DNA from: Basidiobolus meristosporus CBS 931.73 | Lineage: Eukaryota > Fungi > Basidiobolomycota | DNA length: 64,000 nt | Assembly (NCBI GenBank): GCA_002104905.1 | Contig: MCFE01000363.1 | Location: 1 to 64,000 of the forward strand | Direction of reading: 5' to 3' | In this document: positions 24,134 to 34,198 of the stretch, piece after piece | Layout: the number at the start of each line of letters is the position of its first letter | Position numbering within the stretch: the first letter of the stretch is position 1 | The notes under the pieces: model-generated | The model's database searches: none | What the model was told of the DNA's origin: nothing | What the model saw: the letters and a program-made list of their open reading frames with translations, nothing else | Translations under genes and position numbers: made by a program

Positions 24134-27100
24134 TCAGACTTTATAATACTTCACTTGCTTGAATTGCAACGGACGGGAGAACCCCGGCTTGTGAATTGTA
24201 TGTTGCGCATTCAACTTCCAACGTCATGCCTTTTATACGTATTCATGGTAATTGCGAAATCGCAACTGTGTCGGTGTTTCGGCCACAACAATAGCACTAG
24301 TGAAGAATGGTCCACTAGTATTGAGGCCCAGTACCATCTTGCCAACAAACCGCTACTGAATGCTTGCACTCATAGGCACTGAGTGGCTTACACATACAGA
24401 GCGCTGCTACACTCGGAAATGCTGTACCACCCATGCTTACCCAAAGTTGACAAGCAGCTTTGTAAAGAATCATCCAGATTTTGGGAAGATCCCTTAATTA
24501 ACTTCAACTACAAATATGGCACTTATTCGCATTTTCTACCACCTTCATGAGTGAATATGTTTCTCATTAAAGAGTTAAGTGCCACGGCCAATTAGCTTTC
24601 AGTTTCACTTGGTTCCACTGAAAGGGTAGCACACCTGAATCCATGGCACACAGATCAATGGACTTGTTCTCGTATTAGATACTATCAGCTTCTATCGGGA
24701 TCTGGATCTTGAAGTGGCTCAAAAGCGATGTGATGAGAGTGTCTCCAAGCTTCAGGTGTGGGGTGCTGTCCACCAATAAATCCATTTGAGCAAGTTAGAA
24801 TCGAGACGTAGAAGTTCGTGTGATTCATATGCGAGCGATCATGCGATGAGACGGGCTATGAGAGAATCGACTTGGTCGCGAGTAGGACAGCCCAAAGTAT
24901 ATAAGGGTAAGCAGCTTTCAGGTCATAGTCAACATACAATCCACACACTTGACTCGTTCTCCGGAGCTGCCAGTTTGTTCTGCCCAGGCGATAGCCCTGA
25001 TTGCTGCCGATACACCGTCTGAGCACGCTTGTAATGATTGGCATCTTGCTTTCAATGTAGCAGCAAATCGATACTACTCGGGGACCACCGATAGGGTGCT
25101 TTGCTAATGGGATGTGCCGATTAGCATTGTATTTTAGTCATTGAGGTTCGATGTGATGAGCAGGCATGTAGCGAGTCACTATCCTTCTGAATAAACCTTC
25201 TTAATGATGACGGGTCAAATCATCGTTTCCAATTTCACCCTAGATCGACGGATAGCATGCCCCCACTGAATCTTAGTGTGGCACTCCATCTAGAGGTGCT
25301 GGTTGCTGTTGCTCTTAATTATCTATGCGAAATACCATCACTTTTTTATTGTACAATCAACATTGTATGAGAAATATCTTTAGTATGTTCTCAGGTTCAC
25401 AGCGTCGAATAGTACCTTCAGAGTATAAATAAACAGGCAAACTGCGAGGTTGCTGTATAGACCCGTGATATTAATATTGCTTGTTCGATTTAGCATATAT
25501 CTATGTCATCCATGTATATACACTACTTCCAAATAACACACGGAACCATACACTGGCGGATTTCATGCGAAAAACCACACTGGAGAAGATAACTACCTAG
25601 CAAAAATAATTCATAATTCTCTGAAAGATCCAAAAAGACCTCCCTCCATTCCTTTATTCTAGCTTATTAAACACAGAGTAAAGTCATCTCCATAGTCCCT
25701 AATTCAGCACCGGGGGTAAACCTTGCTCATTGCTCCGTAAGTAGCGGATCACCAATGCGTGTGCATCACCAGGAAAGCACCCGTTACCACAGATAGTGGG
25801 GCATCAGATGTTGTGCGAACAGCCAGAACGCCAGAAGAAGGGATAGCAGGATGTGGATTGTCTGTTGCTCATTCCACTTGTGCCAGCACACCTTTTATGC
25901 GCATTCATGGCATCAACGGACTATGTAGCTTGGGTGCAAACATGGTGCAGAACAGTAGCACTAGAGGACTGAAGAGCGTACCACCAATATTGGGGTCTAA
26001 CACCCAGTTACCAAAGTTGGCTTTCATGTGGCCCTTGGATTTAGTACATCGGGAAGGAATAGCTAGAATCCGTATAAGGATATATGGCATTGTGACACCA
26101 AGTATCTGATGAGCCACCCAGATTTTGAGATAGAAGCCCGATGGATCCTATTCCAAACTAGGTTCACCCATGCATCTTGCTCAGTGCAAGGTAACACGGT
26201 GAATTTGGGCGAACGACTGCATATGCTGCGGCACCAATTGGAGAGTCGACCACACGTGCTTCTCTTACAGGTCCTGTAGCTCGTATTCTCAGTGCAAGGT
26301 TGCGCGGTGGAATTGGCCAGCTGGATGCTTAGTACGAAGTGCAGTGTGTACCACTGAAGAGGCCATGACTCATGCTGCCGATTCGGAGGTTCACTTCGGA
26401 ATCAGCTGTCCATTTCGAGGATTTGTGCTTCCTCTCCATGAACGTTTCAGTGCAATATCACCTCCTCTGAGTGAACGAGGCAGACTGTGTGTGAAATACG
26501 CAACAGTATATAAGGGCAACTGTACCTTTCGACAAACTCAACATACAGTCCACACCCTTGATTCGTTCTCGAGAGCTGCCAGCTTGTTCAGGAGTAGCAC
26601 TCATCCGTCTGCCATCTCGCCGCCCAGATGATCGCCCGGCTTTGAAGGGAATGCCTCATTCTACCGCAAACAGATAGGTGATGGTAATGCATCGACTGGG
26701 ATCGGCTACGTATTCCTATCCGTACTTGCTACCGGGATTAATGTCATTGCTGAGCACATGTATGTCACCTGAATGCACATTAGTATTTTACCTTTTGCAC
26801 AGTTGTAAGGAGTGATTGGCAGGAAAAGGAGTTCTCCACTTGAATAAACTAGTCTAACGATGGCGAAACAACAACATAGGAACATGCTCTAATCGTAACA
26901 TAATGCTTGTCGTTATTCAACGAGGGTGTTATCTGTAGCATCCAAGCGAGTGATTCAACATTTCAGAGCTCAGTTTAATCGAGTTTTCGCCGTGTTGTTC
27001 CAACACCGGGCATTCTCCCTGCGAGGCAGGCTCAATGTGCCCCATTTGGCAGATGTTTCAGCATATCAGGTGTAGCAGTGTCAGCCCCCTCCAACTAGTA

Positions 27101-27512
27101 ATAACTACCGAGTGTTTCAGCCTCCCACTCTGAGTTACTACAAAGTGTCTGTATCCACACAGTACTATCGCCAAACCGAAGTATCATTTATATGTTTCTT
27201 GACACTAGCTGGTTCATGCGCTCGACATGTACACATGTGGTAAGGGTACCCGAGGCGGTATACTGCAATGCACGTGATGTTGGATATTCTGATATCACAA
27301 ATTCACTGCTGATACCGCAGACTACGAGTAACGTCTATAAATTCTGCTTTATTTCCGTTGGAGGTAGTGTTTTATTGCAGTGGTATCCAGTAGCTTTTAG
27401 TTTACCACGAAGGATGTTAGTATTTCAAGATCTATCCTATCATGTTCGGTCGCTCAGTACTCCTGGATTCCTTAAGGAACTTCTGTATGCGCCCTGCTGT
27501 AATACATTGATT
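24134..27512 (-). repeat. Right arm of ~3.4 kb inverted repeat
   Basis: Collinear reverse complement of 5778-9183, with local diverged patches (e.g. ~26860-26940). Confidence 0.93.
24586..25260 (-). repeat. Right ~0.7 kb inverted repeat flanking RdRP
   Basis: Reverse complement of 18822-19527, with a ~31-nt deletion near 24980. Confidence 0.93.
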
Positions 27513-30248
27513 CACAAATAGTTGACGATAACTGTATACTCTGTACATCGCTTTGAACAAATGTATGGTCTTTTCGGCTCCTCTTAATTTGTGTGTTTTC
27601 AGGTTTATATATATCCTGTAATTGGATGCTATAGGTGGTATTGTTAATCTATTCAGAACTCTTCTAGAGCTTACCCTTCAAATGTAATTACGTAGAATGA
27701 ATAATGCTAACAGCAGTGGCTATATGGAGACCTTCTATAGCGTCGCTACTTATAGACTGAACCGTTCGTTTGGGACAATATGAGCTAAAATTTAGCTGAT
27801 AGTAATCAAAGTAGACAGGAGATCCGGCCATATGAAGAATGCTATTGCATCTTACTAATCACTGCCATTGTTCCATCAATCTTAACCACTTGCCACCCTT
27901 TTATCTTTTGTTAAAACCATCAATTTACAATAAACTTTTATGCTTTTCTGTATGGACCTGTCAGCTCACGTGAGGCAGGGCTAAGTTTTTCCATGATTCC
28001 CCCATATGTACTCAGCTATTATAATACCTCCTAAACTACTGTGTACCACAAATGTGGGATCTGGTGTAGTCGAATTTGTCCCCGAGGCAAGAGCACATAT
28101 TTGGAAGGTAGTGAACGTGCTGCTGCTATCAACTTGCTTAGCACATACGCAACTCGTATACATTACACTCTGACTTCGCAAGCTATTTGAAAAGTAGTTG
28201 TTGAGTCAAGAATGGCTTCCATGGTGGCTACTAGTTTAGTTCAGATGGATAAAGCCCTGGGAGTTATAGATAAACACATTCCCAATGACCTCAAACTTTG
28301 CATATAGCCTCTCAGACCATTTTCTGCTAATCTTCTATATTATTGTTTCTGTTTAATTAATAAAACTATTTCGTTCAAACTTAACTCACTATTTTGCACA
28401 ATACTCTAGGGTAATAAGTCTTATGCAATGGATATATATCTAGTTGAAAATCAAACACTTAACATTACTTGAAATCACTTGGTACGGCCAGATGACCATT
28501 CAAGTGGGCTTGGCGATACCAGTGAGTAATATCTATTTAATGATTCAATATTCAATATGCCTTTATAAGATCAATCATTCAGTGATTCTAGCTCTTCGAC
28601 TACCTAACTGCTTCAAAGAAGTCAGAGGCCAATGAAGTAATGTTGTCCAGTAAGTATTTGTGCGGACAAGGTGATGTTTATGATTTTCAACAATAGGCGT
28701 ATTGAGTTAAAATAAGATATTTATATATAAGTAGAGCCTTATAAAACTATTGATAGAAATATTTTGAAAAGAGGCCCAACAACTAGTTCACAGTTTTTAG
28801 ATTTATGAGGTTGGATGTCAGGCAGAATTTCTCGAACATTGTCTATCGGTCATTCAATGTTGACGCCAAGCCTGTGGCCTATTAGAGCTTCTAATGAAAA
28901 CCCATCTGGACGTTATTCTCAGTTAAACAAAAGACATTGCTCATTAGTATAGTATCAGTTAGAGCATGTACTTAATGGAAATATTTGCATCATATACAGG
29001 CTTGGATAACTGAGAAATAGCATTGAACCTTTTATTGTTTATATGGTTGATTTCTCAATCTTTAATACTCGCCTTTAATACGATATTAATGTGTGGCTTA
29101 ATTCTTGACCCCAGAGCAAATGTATGTAAGACCCTTCTTTACAATAATTATACTGCATTCTCAACCCAGGAATTTGAATTTTATACTTGGAACGGAATTC
29201 ATCCTGGATGTCTTCATACTCGAGTAAGTCAGTTCCAATTAATGCCATTAACTCGACCCTGAATTCTTACATTACATTGTTACCAGAGCGTGATAAACCC
29301 AATGGAATTCATTGACTTCTGGTTTGTTGGGTCGAAGTAAATTATCTATTGATCTGCCAAGTCTTATAAAAGTGATGGTTCACGGTCATCGGAAGTTGTG
29401 TGCAAGGTTTGGGATAGCTTGTGCAAATACTGAATCTATGCAGGGCCCGGTGTTGTCAGTTAATTGTATGACAAATTATTTCTGAAGTTTGAAGATACCA
29501 GCAAAGCAGACGACAAATATATAACCTCGAAATACAAACAGTCAAAATACAAATTTTCTTTAGTATTGACCGAGCATGTTCTGACATTCTAAAACTACGT
29601 GCTGATCAAGGTCTCCTTTGAATAATAGACCCATACGGATAGCACTAATCGTGACAATAGGCTTTTCGCGGATTCTGGCTTACGTAACGCTTGGTAGGCG
29701 AGCCGAAAGTTATTGTTGCTGTACGAACTGAAGATCACCACGACTACTTCGTTGTTGACAACAAAGATATGCCAACTGTGGCGATCACGAGCATTACAAT
29801 GTTAAGAGTAGATGCGAATGGTTTGCAAACTAAGAGTTTAGTTTACATAGCGACATATGCGATTGATCAGATATCTCAAGTTCAAGTTAAACAAGTTCCG
29901 TTTTTTTTTTCTACTGTATCCACCAACTAAATGTCAATTCTGAACCCCTTCCTCTTGATGGTAATATAAAGTTGACAATTTTTACTTAGGGGCATGTTAG
30001 CCATTCAAGTGGATAAATAGAATAGTTAACATTACAGTTCCGCTTGTGGTATGGGTTTTTGATGGTGATTTATTAATTATACCAACTATGTCAAAATCAG
30101 TGAGATTATTAATGAAATTTTGATAATTAGAACAACGTCAGCCTTGACACTCGATGTCAAATGAAGGTGGGTAGGAAAGGTGGATTCCGGGATTGAGGAT
30201 ACGAATTAATGATGAAATGAATAATGAGTATAGTAAAGAGCAACAGTC

Positions 30249-33200
30249 TTAATGGCCGCTAAGATCTTGTTGGATAACAAGAGCGTAGTATTGACCCTTA
30301 AGTGCCATAAGCTCATCATGTGTACCCTTCTCATTAACAACACCATTCTTGAATACGTAGATAACATCTGCTTTTTGGATGGTAGACAAGCGGTGAGCAA
30401 CGGCGATAGTGGTACGTCCCTTGGCTGCGGTATCAAGTGCGGTTTGCACAACCTTTTCGGAGGCCGCGTCAAGTGCGGATGTAGCCTCGTCGAGCAAAAG
30501 AATCTTGGGATGACGAATCAATGCACGAGCAATGGCAATGCGTTGCTTCTGACCTCCTGAAAGTTGGGATCCTTTACCGCCCAAAGGAGTATCATATCCT
30601 AATGGTAAACTCATGATGAAATCGTGGATGTTCGAATCGCGAGCAGCTTTCTCAATTTCTTCTTGAGATGGAGTACGGCCAACCAAACCAAAGCAGATAT
30701 TCTCCTTGATGGTCATGTCGTATAGTGTAGGCTCCTGTCCGACCAAAGCAATGTGCTTGCGCATGTCGTTGATGTTCATTTGTCTAACGTCCTTTCCATC
30801 GATCATGACACTACCGGATAGCACGTCATAGAAACGTTCAGTAAGACCGATAACGGTACTCTTACCACATCCAGAAGGACCAACCAGGGCAGCATATTGC
30901 CCAGGTTTAATGTCGAGATTCAAGCCTCTTAGAACTGGAACTCCAGGACGAGTAGGGTAACGGAAATGAACATCTTTGTAAGTGATGTGTCCCTCAATTG
31001 CGTCTACCTTGTCACCTTCAGCCTTCGATGTATCGATGAGTGGCTTACGATCCAACAATCCAATGATGCTAGAGGCCGCAGATTTCGCCTTGCTGAGGTC
31101 TGGCACGAAGGAGAAAACATTACCAGCACTCTGTGCACCAAAAACAATAGCAATGAACACCACAAAAAACTGCTTCTGGTCATATTCTGGTGACCCATTG
31201 TTAAATGTGGACATCAGTCTACCACCATACCAGAATCCTAAGGCATTGGCGAGGAACACAATGGCTTGGGAAATGGCAAAGACCATGGAGGAGCCGAATG
31301 CGTTCTTCTTTCCTTCTTTAACTGGTTCTTCCAACTCTTTGTGGTATAAATCGCAGACGTCTTGCTCGCGTGTAAGGGATGCAACAGTACGAATAGACGA
31401 AGCCGCCTCACAAGCAAGTTGAGCGGAATGCTCATATGCAGCCTTAGTCTTCAACTGATATCCGTTCATCATTCTCATACGGATCACACCAGCTCCCATC
31501 AAAAGTGGGACACAAGTCATAACAACAAGTGTAAGCTTCCATCCATAGGCTAATCCGATGATGAAACCGCCAATTACGGTGGATGTAACCTGGAGAATGG
31601 TTCCGAATGTTGCTCCACTAACACCTTGAACATGTGTGGCGTCGGTCGAAAGGGCAGACACCAAAGTTCCAGTGCTGTTTTGCTCACGATCAAACCACCC
31701 AATTTCTTGTTGTAGAATAGCATTGAAGGAGTAAGAGCGGATGCGTTCAGTAAGTCTTTCGCCTGAGATACCAAAGGAAGTTCCTTGAATTGTTTGTGAG
31801 CAGAACATCACTATCGCAATGATAAGGAACATCAATGCCCAGAAGTTGATGTCATGAGTATTCTTTTTACCGAATGCATCGATAATTCCGGAGAAAACGA
31901 TCGACATAATTGGATATATGACTCCAGATATGATCGCAGCAATCAAACCAATAATGATGAATTTCAATTCTGGACGATTAAGTTTGAGGACCCGGAAGCA
32001 AACGTATGCAAAGGAGTACTTTGATTCGGCATCCTCCTCGATATCATTTCTGCTACCGACAGACAGAATTGAGCGAACGGTAGTTTGACGTCTAAGCTCA
32101 GAGTCCTTTGACTTTATAGCCTCCAAGTTTTGATCCTCAGGTGGGGGTACAGCATCCAATTCGTTGTCTTTGTTACCGATCTTCTGGAGTTCAACAAGCT
32201 TGTAGTAGGCTCCTTCAGCCTTGAGAAGAGAATTGTGGTCGCCCGATTCAATGATATCACCACGATCCATGACGATAATTTGGTCGGCGTTTCGGATTGT
32301 GGAAAGGCGATGAGCGATGACAATGGTGGTTCTACCAGAACTGGCACGATCAAGAGCTTGTTGAACAATTCCTTCTGATTGAGTATCCAGAGCAGAGGTG
32401 GCCTCATCCAATAACAGAATACGTGGGTCCTTCACAATAGCACGAGCAATAGCAATACGTTGCTTTTGCCCTCCTGAGAGCAAGAAACCTCTTTCACCAA
32501 CATGAGTATCATACTTCTCGGGAAGAGTCATAATGAAGTCGTGGGCGTTTGCCATCTTGCAGGCCTGCTCGATCAGCTCCATTTGCTTCTCTTTGCTGGC
32601 TTTTTCATGCGGGGTACCAATCAAACCGTGTGCTACATTCTCGGCAATTGTGCATTTAAATAGTGTAGGCTCCTGGGAAACAAGACCGATTTGACGTCTA
32701 AGCCAATGAACATTAAGAGACTTGATAGGTGTACCATCGAGGGAAATCTCGCCTTCAATTGGATCATAGAATCGCTCTAGCAGCTGAATAATGGTGGATT
32801 TTCCAGAACCACTCATTCCAACTAACGCAACTGTTTTTCCTGGCTCAACAGTCAAGCTGATCCCCTTCAGAATTGGAACATCTGGGCGGGATGGATAATG
32901 GAATCGTAGGTTTCGTGCTTCAATCAAACCCTTGGTGGGTGTCGTTGGCTTGAGGCCCTCCGAAGAGCAGGAATCAATTTGAGGTACTCGATAAATCGCT
33001 TCATAGAGCTTGGCAGCAGCACCTTGAGCTAACGCAAAGGCTTGGAGGTTGGGAGCAACGTGACCAAGGGAGAAAGCGCCAATAATTACAGCGAAGAATA
33101 CATTGAAAACATCGCCGGCTTCTAGTGTCCCATCAGTAATCAAGCGGCCACCAAACCATGATGCAAGCGAGTAAGCACAGTAGATGATAAAGAAAATAAC

Positions 33201-34198
33201 ACCGATACCAAGCCCAGTGGTAAACGCTTTCTTTAGGCCCTCTTTCTTAGCATCAGCGATATTCTTGTTGTACATCTCTGAGAGTTTTTTCTGTTGACCA
33301 AAAGCAGTTGCGGTTCTAATAGAAGAAATAACCTCCTCGGCCAGAGTTCCAGAAATGGAATAATGATCAAGAGCTCTTTTGGCAAATCTGCTGGTAAAGA
33401 CGTTCAAAACTCCAACGGAAACGGCGATCATGGGAATAATACAACTCAAGACCAACGTAAGCTTCCAGCTTTTGATGAAGGCGATAATAAAGGCGGAGAT
33501 GAATGTTGCAACGTATGAACTGCTTTGCGGGAACTTCTCGGAAATACCATCTTGAATTAAATGAGTATCACTAGTGATTCTTGTCGTAATCTCACCAGCA
33601 CCCAATTTGTCAAACCAGGCAATGTCTTGTCTGAGCACAGCTGCTAAATATGATTCTCTCACTTTTCTGGTTTGGCGCTCACCAGCGTACACCCAGGTGG
33701 ACATGTAAGCATAGGTAGTGACAAATATACCTATGGCAAGATATATGAAATAAAGTGTGTACTGGTTGATTGTGGATCTAAAGCTGTCGATCTCGGCTGG
33801 AGTTATAGGTATTCCCTTAATAACTTTCGTTGAGAAAGCACCGAACTCATTAACCATGCCACCGAAAATGATACTACAGGAACGTTAGACTGGACTGATG
33901 ATAGAAAAATAGGAAAACATCAAACGTACGTCATAAGCGGCATGCCAGCGCCGGCGGCGATGGCAGCAAATAAACCCACGGACATTAACATAACATCAAA
34001 CTTGGTTGCGAAGTTGAAGAGCTCACTCATTGAAACTTTTGGCTCAGCACCAGCCTTCTTGTCTTTGATCTCCTTGGAATCCTCCTTGATTTCTACAGCT
34101 TTATGCGGTGATGTCTGGTCGACATTTTCGGCATCGTGAAGTGTAGCGCCATAGGCCTCGCTACTATCACTCGTCCGTTTCTCAGCGTCCGTTGACAT
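30249..34198 (-). CDS. ABCB/MDR-type (P-glycoprotein-like) full-length ABC transporter
   Basis: Exon 1 34198-33930 (MSTDAEK..GMPLMT), intron 33929-33874 (GT..CTAAC..TAG), exon 2 to TAA at 30249. Two TMD-NBD halves, Walker A GMSGSGKS and GPSGCGKS, two LSGGQKQRIAIARA signatures, two LLLDEATSALD. Confidence 0.96.

Larger units (their letters stand above)
4396..27512. repeat. Nested inverted/direct repeat array of >=15 homologous modules enclosing an RdRP gene
   Basis: Core RTGTGGAYTGTATGTTG or variant at 4550(-), 6724(+), 7412(-), 8383(+), 9112(-), 11643(+), 12315(-), 14498(+), 15166(-), 18099(-), 19167(+), 24189(+), 24930(-), 25851(+), 26539(-). Many short ORFs in the track recur nearly verbatim on both strands. 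Confidence 0.92.

Noticed and set aside
26040-26130. Modules as fragments of the RdRP itself (HPDF vs WPDFM)
   Set aside because: Only a 3-residue match; spacing to the upstream His/KTG motif differs and I saw no nucleotide similarity to 20357-23602.
4396-27512. CRISPR-like array or satellite
   Set aside because: Modules are hundreds of bp, alternate in orientation and have homologous rather than unique spacers; no cas genes; eukaryotic context.
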